This document shows positions 1 through 9,585 of a DNA stretch of 64,000 nucleotides, piece by piece (the stretch's first letter is position 1; every line of letters begins with the position of its first letter). The stretch is taken from the NCBI GenBank assembly GCA_041666205.1, contig JBAYHI010000001.1:26894-90893 (forward strand). Reading direction: 5' to 3'. The DNA is from Patescibacteria group bacterium (lineage in GTDB: Bacteria > Patescibacteriota > Patescibacteriia > UBA9934). The notes below the pieces were generated by a model. The model had not been told where the DNA came from and ran no database searches. It saw only the letters and a list, made by a program, of their open reading frames with translations. Position numbers and translations under genes: made by a program.

Positions 1-28
1 ACTATTCGGACTCTGTATGGGACCCTAT

Positions 29-57
29 ATTTTAGCATAAATTAGCCCTTTTGTCAA
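29..57 (-). promoter_or_regulatory. sigma70-type promoter firing leftwards out of the window
   Basis: Minus strand TTGACA (57-52), 17 bp, TGc-TAAAAT (34-29). Confidence 0.7.
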
Positions 58-67
58 CCTTTGCGCA

Positions 68-142
68 TTGACAAAAAGGCCAATTTCTGCTAAATTTCCG
101 TGTTCTGCCGAGCTCTCAAAAAGGCAGAAGTTCTTTAAAAAT
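68..142 (+). promoter_or_regulatory. sigma70-type promoter, hairpin and boxA-like motif
   Basis: TTGACA 68-73, 17 bp, TGc-TAAATT 91-96; hairpin TTCTGCC/GGCAGAA 103-129; GTTCTTTAAAAAT 130-142. Confidence 0.7.
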
Positions 143-186
143 CGTCCAATTGCGAATAACTCTCAAGTTCCAAGCAGGAGTCTCAG

Positions 187-2085
187 ATGAACGCAATTTT
201 CTCCGCTGACTTCATCAAGAATATCGCTGACCTCGGAAAGCAGGCGAAGGGCGCTCAGGGAAAGGCCTTGGACCCCATCACAGCCTCTCTCAAGAAGGCC
301 CTGGGCCACTGGGTCGAGGACTACGTCGAGGGCATGGACCTGAAGAAGTCGTTCGACTTCGTCGGCGCGTTGATGGGAATCGTCGGGCTCCATGACCTCC
401 TCATGAAGCATCTCCCGCCCAGCGTATTGGTGCTGGTGGGTGGCTTCCTGGCGGAGATCGCCAAGACCACGATCGCGGCAAGAAACCCGATTTTCGGCCA
501 CGCCCTCGGACTCTTCCTCGACCACTCCTCAGTGGGACTCGAGGAATACTTCCAGAGGAAGAAGGCCGAAGGCAAGGACCCGGATCCGAATGAGACTCAT
601 TCCATCCTCATGGGATCGGTCGAGAAGTTCAAGATCCTCTTCACGAGCCCAAGCGGTCCGCCCCGCGATCCGCCGAGCAAGTTCCTCGAGACTCTCTCCC
701 ACCGCGAGCTCACTTTGCTCGCCGCGCTCATCAAGGCCGTCCGGGCCGAGATGATCGGCGACCCCGTCGTGGTCAAACCCGACGACGAGGATGAGGATGA
801 CGAGGAGTCCTCAGTCTTGAGCCGAGCCTGGGGCAGACTCAAGACGAACGTGCTGTGGCTCCTCTGGATCGACGAAGACGTCGACGAAGACGAGCCCGAA
901 GCAACGCTCGCCGGGAACGCCTTCCGGATCGAGGAAGCCATCAGGCACCTCATCCGTGAGGACCCCAGAACCCTCAAGCACCTGCTCAAGGCGCTTGTGA
1001 AGGACGGCGTCACGCCCGAAATGGTTGCAGAGAACCCCGCCAAGCACGGCGAGGTGTTCTACAATCTGGTGGCAACGCTCCACAACCCCGGACCCTTGTC
1101 CTGGGGTGGCGACATCGCCGACGCCCTGAACATCAAGCGCGCGACCCTCGAGTGGCTCGACAGGCGAGTCATTTTCTACGCCACGGTCGTGATCGTGGCC
1201 CTGGCGTTCGTGATCGCCGGATCGACCTTCCTGGTCTCCGGCACGCTCGGACTGCTCGGCGCCTTCGCCTGGCTCTTCGGACTCGTTGTGGGGATGTTCT
1301 TCGCTCCCGAGTCCGCGCTGGCAGGAGTGCCCATTATGATCGGCCTCGGGCTGATCTATGTGGCGCGTCTCCTGTTCCCGGCCCCCAGCCATCTCTCCCG
1401 AGGAGCCGCAAATCTTGTCGGGGGAACGAAGGTGGGTCAAAACTCGCCCATCGAAGAGGGTGCTGCACGGATCAAGAACGTCCTGCGCATCCTAGGAATC
1501 GGGTCCGGCGAACAAATCGTGCGCACACTGCTTGCGCTCGATGACTCCCACGACATCAGAAACACCGGATGGTGGCACCACGTGGCAGTCGCGGTATCGA
1601 TCGTCACGGCAGGTCTCACTGCCATCGTCCTGGGAATCTTCCTCGTCATGGGCGAGTGGAGACTTCTCCTCGACTACGATGCGGGCCTGCAACAGTACAC
1701 GCCACACTTCTACCGGGCGGCGTGGCTGTTCCTTACGAGGACTGCCTGCTTCGTGATCTGCTTCGCAGCGATCGGGAACGACATCGTATCTCGCACGAGC
1801 TGGCGGTTCACGTTCACGCAGTCGACAGCACGCACTGCCCTGGCCATCAAGTTGGTCGTCGCAGCCGCGGTCTTCGCTGCAGCCCTCTTCGTCTGCGGCG
1901 GTGGCATCGGCCTCGCGGGCGTTGGCTTGCACGTGGCCTACGGTGCAGCTCGCACTGAGGCCACGCAGGTCTACCACGACTTCCAGGGCAAGTCGTCTGC
2001 GCATCCCGAGGATGACGCACACAACAGCCCCTACGACGGCTGCACGGAATTCCCGTGCAAGCCCGAAAACAAAGGACTGAGGTAG
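187..2085 (+). CDS. GC-rich orphan multi-pass membrane protein with acidic tracts
   Basis: 632-aa ORF, SD AGGAG, strong C/G third-position bias, several hydrophobic helices in C-terminal half; no family recognised. Confidence 0.8.
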   Translation: MNAIFSADFIKNIADLGKQAKGAQGKALDPITASLKKALGHWVEDYVEGMDLKKSFDFVGALMGIVGLHDLLMKHLPPSVLVLVGGFLAEIAKTTIAARNPIFGHALGLFLDHSSVGLEEYFQRKKAEGKDPDPNETHSILMGSVEKFKILFTSPSGPPRDPPSKFLETLSHRELTLLAALIKAVRAEMIGDPVVVKPDDEDEDDEESSVLSRAWGRLKTNVLWLLWIDEDVDEDEPEATLAGNAFRIEEAIRHLIREDPRTLKHLLKALVKDGVTPEMVAENPAKHGEVFYNLVATLHNPGPLSWGGDIADALNIKRATLEWLDRRVIFYATVVIVALAFVIAGSTFLVSGTLGLLGAFAWLFGLVVGMFFAPESALAGVPIMIGLGLIYVARLLFPAPSHLSRGAANLVGGTKVGQNSPIEEGAARIKNVLRILGIGSGEQIVRTLLALDDSHDIRNTGWWHHVAVAVSIVTAGLTAIVLGIFLVMGEWRLLLDYDAGLQQYTPHFYRAAWLFLTRTACFVICFAAIGNDIVSRTSWRFTFTQSTARTALAIKLVVAAAVFAAALFVCGGGIGLAGVGLHVAYGAARTEATQVYHDFQGKSSAHPEDDAHNSPYDGCTEFPCKPENKGLR

Positions 2086-2100
2086 CGCCTCAGCCCTTCT

Positions 2101-2147
2101 GACCCCCACGTCGCTCCGCTGGAGCTTCGCTGGGGGTCTTGTCTTTT
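2101..2147 (+). terminator. Intrinsic terminator
   Basis: GACCCCCA...TGGGGGTC stem followed by TTGTCTTTT. Confidence 0.65.
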
Positions 2148-2154
2148 ATAACGA

Positions 2155-3216
2155 TTATTTCCCCATCTGCTCCTTGAAATACTTCACAAATGGAATTTCT
2201 TTTGGATTTACTTCATTGAGCATTGCCAAATAGTAGGCCACAAAACTCCCAAACTGCATCACCTCGCCACATTCCTCAAGCTTTGACCCGCCACCAACCT
2301 CGTATTCAATCACTTCCGCTCCTTGCTTTTCAAAAACCGTGGCTGTGACGTCGTAGCGCTTAATGATTCGTGGATGATAAAGGGGTGATTTGAGCATGAG
2401 CACAGTCCATTTTGCAAATTCCCCATCTGGATTTGCAAGTCCTTCCATCAAATGGTGGTTAAGTTCAGGAATTTCCGCGCTAAAGGCAATCTGCTTGGAT
2501 GATTCATTGATTTGATTTGCCATCAAATGCGCGCTCCCGGCCAAATGCTCTGACGAAACAATTAAAATATTGCGGTCTTTGAGTTCGGTTGCAGTGATCT
2601 TTGCTGGATTTTTTTCAGATTTGATCTCCAATCTGCACCCTTCTACCACATCGCTCATGGCTTGGGTCATATATTTCACTTCCGAAGTCGCGATTTTGAG
2701 TAGCCCGGCGCGTTCCAAGATGCCCAAAATTCCAACCATGGAAAATCCCACACCCAAGCGTGGTTCTTTTGCCAAATCCCCTGGCTTGAACGCGTAAAAT
2801 GGAATATGTTCGCGCTTTGCAAAATTGAGGAGCGCGCCACCTGTGGCAATCACAATCATTTTTGCGCGATGTCGGCGTGCTTCTTTTGCCGCAGCAATCA
2901 CCTCTTCGGTACTTCCTGAAAAACTCGAAAGAATCACAAGGGTGCGAGAGTTAACCGATCCTGGAACATCGTATCCGCGCACCAATTCAAATGGCACGCG
3001 AAGTTTCGAGAAAAACACGGATTGCACAATTTCCGGACCAAGTGCCGATCCGCCCATTCCAACAACCACAATGCGATCGCAATTGCGATAATTCGATGGA
3101 ATCACGAGCTCTCGCGTTTCGTCCCAAGCGATTTTTGCCTGCTCTGGCAGATGTTCAATGCCATAGCTGATTTCCTCCTTATCAAACGTTGCGTAGGTTT
3201 TTTGACTGTCCAACAT
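2155..3216 (-). CDS. Bifunctional phosphoglucose/phosphomannose isomerase (SIS domain)
   Basis: GMGGS, SFSGSTEE, QINESSK and PELNHH motifs. Confidence 0.9.
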   Translation of the reverse strand: MLDSQKTYATFDKEEISYGIEHLPEQAKIAWDETRELVIPSNYRNCDRIVVVGMGGSALGPEIVQSVFFSKLRVPFELVRGYDVPGSVNSRTLVILSSFSGSTEEVIAAAKEARRHRAKMIVIATGGALLNFAKREHIPFYAFKPGDLAKEPRLGVGFSMVGILGILERAGLLKIATSEVKYMTQAMSDVVEGCRLEIKSEKNPAKITATELKDRNILIVSSEHLAGSAHLMANQINESSKQIAFSAEIPELNHHLMEGLANPDGEFAKWTVLMLKSPLYHPRIIKRYDVTATVFEKQGAEVIEYEVGGGSKLEECGEVMQFGSFVAYYLAMLNEVNPKEIPFVKYFKEQMGK

Positions 3217-3217
3217 A

Positions 3218-4384
3218 TTAGAGGATGCTAGTTTTATTTTTGATCATGTCTGTAAGCTCCTGACGGCGCGAAATATCTCCCACAAGTGCTGCGCCAACCA
3301 AAATTCCGTTTCGCAAGAATAATTCTTCTGCTTTTTCGTTTTCCAATACGGTTTGACGCACTTCCGTAGCGTGTTCGCGCGATGTATCGCCAATAAAAAC
3401 AACCGAAAGCCCTGCGAGCCATGCTGAATAGGAGGTCACAAGCTCAAAGGCAACGCGATTCCCCATCATATTCTGCGCCACAACGCGCCCCTGCATAATG
3501 GCATTCATCCAATTTGCCGAAACGCGGCGGCGTCCGACTGACAAATCCATAAATTCTGCCACATCACCTGCGACAAAAATGTCTTGCTGATTGGTCTCAA
3601 GATATTCATTTGCCAAAATCCCTGCCCCGCATTCAATTCCAGCAGATTTGAATAATTCTAAATCCGGATGCAATCCAATCCCCACGCCCAAAATAGTTGC
3701 GGGGATTTCTTTTCCTTCGATTTTTAAGCCTTCCAGATGCATGTCGCCCGTGAGCTCCGGAATCTCTTTGGACTCAATAATCTTCATCCCTTGCGATTCA
3801 ATATGCGTTCGAAGGATCGCTTGCGACTCAGGCGACAAACTCTTTGACCAAAATCCGCCACGCAGGAGCACTGTTGTGTCAAACCCAAAATGACGAAAAA
3901 TATTTATGAGCTCCATGGCAATAAAACTCCCACCCATCACCGCAACCGTGTTTTTGCCTGTTGCTTTTGCTTCCGCAATCAATTCCTTCAAATGATCCGT
4001 GTCGCCAAGTGTGCGTAAATATGCCACGCCCTTTTTGTCGTCTCCGAGCAAATTCACGTCAAGTCCGGTTGTTATCAGTAACTTATCAAACGGAATCTCG
4101 CGACCTTCACTTGTTTCAACAAATTTATTGATCGCGTCTATTTTTATTGCCTCAACGCCCGAAAACCATTCAATATGATGTTTTGCGTACCATTCTGGTT
4201 TCTTGAGAAAAAGTTTCTCGCGATTAATTTCGCTAGTTGCATACTTTGGCAGCAATACCTTGCTATAAAGTGGTTCGTCTTCACGCTCAATAATCGAAAT
4301 GGAGGCTTCTGCATCTAATTTGCGTAGCTCTTCAGCCGCTGTAACGCCGGCAATTCCACCGCCAATAATTACAAACGCTGTCAT
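3218..4384 (-). CDS. FAD-dependent NAD(P)H oxidoreductase (ferredoxin/rubredoxin reductase-like)
   Basis: IIGGGIAG FAD motif, FDKLLITTG, GGSFIAME, IFVAGDVA; start trimmed to MTAFVII. Confidence 0.85.
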   Translation of the reverse strand: MTAFVIIGGGIAGVTAAEELRKLDAEASISIIEREDEPLYSKVLLPKYATSEINREKLFLKKPEWYAKHHIEWFSGVEAIKIDAINKFVETSEGREIPFDKLLITTGLDVNLLGDDKKGVAYLRTLGDTDHLKELIAEAKATGKNTVAVMGGSFIAMELINIFRHFGFDTTVLLRGGFWSKSLSPESQAILRTHIESQGMKIIESKEIPELTGDMHLEGLKIEGKEIPATILGVGIGLHPDLELFKSAGIECGAGILANEYLETNQQDIFVAGDVAEFMDLSVGRRRVSANWMNAIMQGRVVAQNMMGNRVAFELVTSYSAWLAGLSVVFIGDTSREHATEVRQTVLENEKAEELFLRNGILVGAALVGDISRRQELTDMIKNKTSIL

Positions 4385-4385
4385 A

Positions 4386-4649
4386 TTAAACTTCTGGAAA
4401 AAGTTGCGCACCTGATTCATCAAAAATCGCAATTGCCAAGGTTGGGCAAGATTGCGCTGCCAAGATGATTGTATTTTTCTCGTCTTCGGTCACTTCAAGC
4501 GTGCGCTCATACGTTGGCGTCTCAGCTTTACCGTGGTCGAGGACTTCGGCCTTATTCTCGTCGTTTAGGTGGAATGTTTCGTCGGCAACGGCTACGCAAC
4601 TTGCGGCGCCGATGCAAAGGTCTGGGTCGACTTTGATGGTGATTTTCAT
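4386..4649 (-). CDS. Single-cluster ferredoxin, probably [3Fe-4S]
   Basis: CIGAASC...CP motif with the middle Cys replaced by Ala. Confidence 0.85.
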   Translation of the reverse strand: MKITIKVDPDLCIGAASCVAVADETFHLNDENKAEVLDHGKAETPTYERTLEVTEDEKNTIILAAQSCPTLAIAIFDESGAQLFPEV

Positions 4650-4661
4650 AATGCACTCATT

Positions 4662-5342
4662 CTAGCCAAAGTACTTCTCATTGTAAAACCGAATGAGCGA
4701 CTCGACTTCGGCAACAATTGAAGGATTTGAGCCCGTCACCTTGGTGCGAGCCTGCACTGAGGCAAAATCCTTACACCCGGCAATCACTGCTTCTTCGATA
4801 TCGCGGTCGGTTACGCGGGCTCCAGCGTCCACAATGCGCGACGCTTCTGGTATCACTTTTTCTATTTGATTGGTGGAGCGGTAATAATCGTTAATGGCGT
4901 CGCGCAGGGCTTTGTCGCATAGGACCGAGCAATGGAATTTGCGCGCCGGCAGTCCACCGAGTCGCTCCATGACGAGCTCCGGGCGAAGCGCTCGCGCTTC
5001 TTCTGGGGTCATGCCTTCTCCTTCAGTCACCATCACAGACGCCATGGAGGTGGCGGCAATGGCTGATCCGCACCCAAATGTGCGCCACGCGCACTTTTTG
5101 ATGCGATTCGTTTTTTCGTCGACAAAGAGCCACATGCGCATTTCGTCGCCACATGCGGGACTGCCGGCGCGCCCCTTGGCATTAAATTCCCCTGGCACAG
5201 GATCGCGATTCAAGAAATTTCGTGGATTAAAAAAATGATCTTTCACGGTTTCACTGTAAAACCACGAGGTTTTGCCGTCAAAACTCTTTACATCCCCGCC
5301 TTCCCCCACGATTTTTTCTGCTTCGTGTGGAATTTTATTCAT
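4662..5342 (-). CDS. NifU/IscU Fe-S scaffold with degenerate BFD-like C-terminal domain
   Basis: GSPACGD, TFGCGSAIA, LPARKFHCS. Confidence 0.9.
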   Translation of the reverse strand: MNKIPHEAEKIVGEGGDVKSFDGKTSWFYSETVKDHFFNPRNFLNRDPVPGEFNAKGRAGSPACGDEMRMWLFVDEKTNRIKKCAWRTFGCGSAIAATSMASVMVTEGEGMTPEEARALRPELVMERLGGLPARKFHCSVLCDKALRDAINDYYRSTNQIEKVIPEASRIVDAGARVTDRDIEEAVIAGCKDFASVQARTKVTGSNPSIVAEVESLIRFYNEKYFG

Positions 5343-6537
5343 AAAACGTCTCTGTTCCAGATTTTGGACTCATGCCGCGAAGTTTTTCTACAACGCCAGG
5401 CAAAACCTCCAAGACGTATGCGATCTCTTCTTTCGATGTCTCTCGACCCAACGTGAATCGCAAACTACTATGCGCAACCTCAGCTGGAACTCCGAGCGCC
5501 ATAATCACGTGACTTGGATCAAGCGAAGCGCTCGTACAGGCCGATCCAGTTGAAGCAAAAACGCCTTGCGCATCCAAATAGAGGAGTAGTGCTTCGCCCT
5601 CAACGTCCATGAAGGAAAAACTAGCGTTATTTGGCAATCGCTCAGTTGCGTGGCCATTCAAACGAACGTGAGGTACGGCGCTACGAATGCCGGCAATCAA
5701 TTCGTCGCGGAGTTTTATGGTCTTTTCCGTATATTCAGCCTGTTGCGCTACTGCAATCTCCAGAGCCTTTGCAAATCCAATGATTGCTGGCACATTTTCT
5801 GTTCCAGGTCGACGTCGCGCTTCTTGATCGCCCCCAAACATGAGTGGCTCGAGTTTAATTCCGCGACGCATGTACAGCATTCCAACACCTTTTGGCCCAT
5901 AAATCTTCCCGCCATTGAGGGTCATCATGTCCACGTTGATTTTTTGAACATTAATTTCTTCCGAACCGACTGCCTGGCAGGCATCGGTGTGAAAAATTGG
6001 AAAAAGGGATTTACGTGCTTCGCGATGCTTGCGAATGACAGATCCAATCTTTTGAATCGGATTTAGGGTGCCGATTTCATTGTTTCCGTAGATGAGTGAC
6101 ACAAGAATGGTGTCGTCGCGAAGTGCGCTTTGAAGTTTCTCAACGGAAATTTGTCCCGATTCATCCGTTTCGAGTACCGTCACATCAAATCCTTCCTTTT
6201 TGAGTTGAAGTGCCGGCTCAAGTACGGCCTTATGCTCGACTGAACTGACAATGATGTGCTTGCCGTGCTCTGCATTCTTGCGAGCAAATCCCAAAATCGC
6301 CAAATTATCGGCCTCGGTTCCACCTGACGTAAAAATAATCTCGTCGGGTCGTGCGCCCAAGAGCGTGGCAATACCGCCCCGAGCTTTATCGAGCGCGTCT
6401 TTCACCTGTTTTCCTGGCATGTGAAAACTCGAAGGATTTTGAAATTGATTACAAAAATACGGCGCCATCGCAGATTGCACATCCAAGTCTATTGGAGTGG
6501 CGGCCGCATAATCCAAATAAACGTTTTCTTTTGCCAT
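5335..6537 (-). CDS. iscS: Cysteine desulfurase (IscS/NifS family)
   Basis: YLDYAAATP, FTSGGTE, HTDACQ, KIYGPKG, STGSACTS. Confidence 0.95.
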   Translation of the reverse strand: MAKENVYLDYAAATPIDLDVQSAMAPYFCNQFQNPSSFHMPGKQVKDALDKARGGIATLLGARPDEIIFTSGGTEADNLAILGFARKNAEHGKHIIVSSVEHKAVLEPALQLKKEGFDVTVLETDESGQISVEKLQSALRDDTILVSLIYGNNEIGTLNPIQKIGSVIRKHREARKSLFPIFHTDACQAVGSEEINVQKINVDMMTLNGGKIYGPKGVGMLYMRRGIKLEPLMFGGDQEARRRPGTENVPAIIGFAKALEIAVAQQAEYTEKTIKLRDELIAGIRSAVPHVRLNGHATERLPNNASFSFMDVEGEALLLYLDAQGVFASTGSACTSASLDPSHVIMALGVPAEVAHSSLRFTLGRETSKEEIAYVLEVLPGVVEKLRGMSPKSGTETFYE

Positions 6538-6582
6538 AGGTTTGGCAAGCTTAGCCAAAAAAACGTGTTTCGTCAATGGAGA

Positions 6583-7572
6583 CTATTCTTCCTTGCAAGA
6601 TCCAAACGTAAGGGCAAATAACGACAAATCTTTTGATTTTGTGCGAATTTTGAGCGTCCCTTTGTGATACGTGTCCGACGAAACCAATTTATAAAGGCGG
6701 TGATCTGCCACATGCACAATGGCGCGATCCCCCACAAACTCTACATCTGCGCCCGCCATATCGCTTGGAAGCGGCATTCCATCGAACTCAATCTCAACTT
6801 CCGCGGACTTGCCAGCTCCCATCACAATATTTACGGAAAGTGCCGAATATTTGATTGCGATATATTCGGTTGGGCTTGGTAATTCCTTGATATGAGAAAT
6901 GGATTCCCCGTTTACCTGCCAATGCCCATGCAGATATAAAAGATCGTCTTCGTGTACGCCTGTATCGGTAAATGCATGCTCAGTATTTGGAACCAGATTC
7001 ATGCCATTGCCATATCGGCCTCGCAAATATCCCAAATACGTCTCAGGCGTAGTGCGGTAGCAAATTCCCCCGCCAACCAGCGGATCAGGTGCAATCGCTG
7101 GTAAATCCATGGCACCAGTTTCGGCAAGCGCATGCTGAATTGCACTTTCAGTTTTCGCATACCCATGTTCGCCAATGTGATCGTAAACAATAAAGCCGTG
7201 GCGATCAATCACAAATGAGCGTGGCCACCAGCGATTGGCGTATAAATTCCAAATCTTATATTCCGAATCGAGCACAACCGCATAGGTAATGCCCATTTGC
7301 TCGATTGCCTTGCGCACGCGCGCCGATTCTTTTTCAAATGCAAATTCAGGCGAGTGGACACCAATGATGACAAGTCCCTTCTCTTTATATTTTTCCTGCC
7401 ACTCCTTCACATGCGCAATCGCGTGATGACAATTGAGGCATGAGTATGTCCAAAAATCAATCAAAACAACCTTCCCTGCCAATTCTTTCAGTGTTAATGG
7501 CGGAGAATTTACCCACTCCAGTTCTTTTGGAAACTCTGTGGCACGTACTTTTGCAATGCGATGCAAAATCAT
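6583..7572 (-). CDS. Thioredoxin-like redoxin resembling the DipZ C-terminal region
   Basis: DFWTYSCLNC, GVHSPEFAFEK, TPETYLGY. Confidence 0.85.
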   Translation of the reverse strand: MILHRIAKVRATEFPKELEWVNSPPLTLKELAGKVVLIDFWTYSCLNCHHAIAHVKEWQEKYKEKGLVIIGVHSPEFAFEKESARVRKAIEQMGITYAVVLDSEYKIWNLYANRWWPRSFVIDRHGFIVYDHIGEHGYAKTESAIQHALAETGAMDLPAIAPDPLVGGGICYRTTPETYLGYLRGRYGNGMNLVPNTEHAFTDTGVHEDDLLYLHGHWQVNGESISHIKELPSPTEYIAIKYSALSVNIVMGAGKSAEVEIEFDGMPLPSDMAGADVEFVGDRAIVHVADHRLYKLVSSDTYHKGTLKIRTKSKDLSLFALTFGSCKEE

Positions 7573-7655
7573 AAGAACAACGACATTACAACTCAGTATA
7601 TACTCTCCCCCTTGCGCGTGCAAAAATATCTCGTTCTTTGCTACAATGGAGGCAT

Positions 7656-8084
7656 ATGCAACTCAGCGATCATTTTCTGCCATATTTAAATCCAACGCTT
7701 CTTATTGTGACAAACAATGAGTCTGCAAAGATTTTCAAAGCGCAAAATCACGAAATCGATGAAATCGAATTGCTCGTGGTTGGAAAACGAGAAGTCGAGG
7801 GTCGAGGATCGGGTACGCCAAACGATGGACCACCCGATTATGATGAATTAAAACATCAACAACGCTTAGAGCTCTATAAAACGCTCAGCGACTATTTACT
7901 TCAATACACGCAAAAAAATCCCGAGACTGAACTCATTTTATGCGCACCCGAAGCAAATAAGGGGGAATTGCAAGACGCAATGCATCGAGATGTGCAGAAA
8001 AAAATCGTGTCCCTGGTGCCAAAAAATCTTGCCTCGCTTCCAACCGATCAAATTATCCGAATATTACAAGAACACCGCACCTAG
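7656..8084 (+). CDS. Host-attachment/baeRF-like family protein
   Basis: LIVTNNESAKIF N-terminus and ELILCAP...KNL C-terminal pattern. Confidence 0.6.
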   Translation: MQLSDHFLPYLNPTLLIVTNNESAKIFKAQNHEIDEIELLVVGKREVEGRGSGTPNDGPPDYDELKHQQRLELYKTLSDYLLQYTQKNPETELILCAPEANKGELQDAMHRDVQKKIVSLVPKNLASLPTDQIIRILQEHRT

Positions 8085-8128
8085 AGCTTGCGAATGTGGC
8101 ATTTTTCTGTTAGCATATGGCCACTTGG

Positions 8129-8204
8129 GGCCACGTGGCGAAGTGGTTAACGCGGCGGTCTGCAAAACCGCTATTCGCCGGTCCAACTCCGGCCGTGGCC
8201 TCCA
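8129..8204 (+). tRNA. tRNA-Cys(GCA)
   Basis: GGCCACG/CGTGGCC acceptor stem, anticodon GCA, U discriminator, CCA; atypical T-loop TCCAACT. Confidence 0.92.
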
Positions 8205-8252
8205 AAGACAATATAAAAACCCGCGATTTGAGTCGCGAGTTTTTTCTTTTTC

Positions 8253-8822
8253 TTATTGTTTTGTCTCGTTCTGAAACTCTGTAACGAGTTTTGCGCTCGT
8301 AAGAACTGTTTCCGCAGATTCAATCGACTGACCATTCTGTTCTAGAGTGAATTTGAATTTTTCACCATCTTGTTCAAAATAATACGCATATTGTGCCGAT
8401 CCCTCAAGCGTGCAGGTTTCTGTTCCAGCGCAAAGGTCAAGCTTTTTGAATCCATTTCCCATATCGGTTGCCTCTGACGGAATTATACTGTGTGAATCAA
8501 GGTGAAAAACACGAATACGCGTATAGTTCTCGCTCACAAATTGATCTGCCGTGAGTCCTTGCGACAAATCTGGAGTCTGCCCAGCGGAAAGAACGAGCTT
8601 ATCCGTGCTTTGAATCATGATGTCGGAAAGCGTGGAATCAAGGTCGCGATTGAGTTTTGATGTTGGATCATTGGCCGTGTAATCGCGTGTCATCACCCAT
8701 CCTTCTGGTAGGGAAAAAGAAAGCCACCAATCCCCCTCAACCCCTCCAAGAAGCGTCTTGCCTCCGAAACATCCTGCACCAACAAGCAAAATCGAACCAA
8801 GTGCCAATAAAAGCTTTTTCAT
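8253..8822 (-). CDS. Hypothetical lipoprotein
   Basis: MKKLLLALGSILLVGAGC lipobox. Confidence 0.75.
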   Translation of the reverse strand: MKKLLLALGSILLVGAGCFGGKTLLGGVEGDWWLSFSLPEGWVMTRDYTANDPTSKLNRDLDSTLSDIMIQSTDKLVLSAGQTPDLSQGLTADQFVSENYTRIRVFHLDSHSIIPSEATDMGNGFKKLDLCAGTETCTLEGSAQYAYYFEQDGEKFKFTLEQNGQSIESAETVLTSAKLVTEFQNETKQ

Positions 8823-8889
8823 ATGCGAATAGTTATGAACGAACTTTAGCATAGCAAAAAACGGCGTCAATGCCGTTTTTTACTTTTGT

Positions 8890-9429
8890 TTAAGATGAGT
8901 AGATCCCGACCGTTTTCTTTCGGATGCCCCATTGTTTGGCAGAGGCAATATCTTGCCCCATATACCAGTCAACGCGGTGGGTGTAGCGAGCGTTCATTCG
9001 ATCACGTACCACACATACGCCAAGGCCTTCAACATGAAGTTTTGTGCCAAGCGGGACGAAGTTTGCAGCACAGGTATTGCTTCCTGCTTCAAGAAACGCA
9101 CAAATGTTTGTGCCTTGGGCACCAATACAAGGTGTTGAGTCGGTTTGCGCTGGCACCGAGTTATACGCACTCACTGTTACGACAATCGAATTTGTGGCGG
9201 CTCGGTCTGCAGCCACAGGTAGTGTGCCAAAGGGCTCATACTCATTGAGCATTTCGCGCGTTTTTACAGCGAGTTCTGCTCGAGAAATCGTGAGCGTTGT
9301 GCCTTGAGCATCGCTCAAGGACGGGTTCACAAGAGATCCAACCAAAATAACAAAGAGGCTCGCTCCCGCTGGAAAACGTGCAAACGCGCGACTCGCGATC
9401 CCCTCCAAGTTTTGGATGAATTTCTTCAT
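8890..9429 (-). CDS. 3D-domain-like cell-wall protein
   Basis: VSAYNS..QTDSTP, AANFVPLGT, VRDRMN..RVDWY. Confidence 0.75.
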   Translation of the reverse strand: MKKFIQNLEGIASRAFARFPAGASLFVILVGSLVNPSLSDAQGTTLTISRAELAVKTREMLNEYEPFGTLPVAADRAATNSIVVTVSAYNSVPAQTDSTPCIGAQGTNICAFLEAGSNTCAANFVPLGTKLHVEGLGVCVVRDRMNARYTHRVDWYMGQDIASAKQWGIRKKTVGIYSS

Positions 9430-9585
9430 AGTTTTCAATAAAAAAGCCTCCGGCACAAATCCGAAGGATGGAAGAATGGTATCAGATTAAAGACCCTGAG
9501 TCAATAGAAAAAGGCGAATTTTGGCCAAGATACGGGCTTTTTCCTAGAAAAAAAATCACGAATTTGATATGATGAACGCACATTT

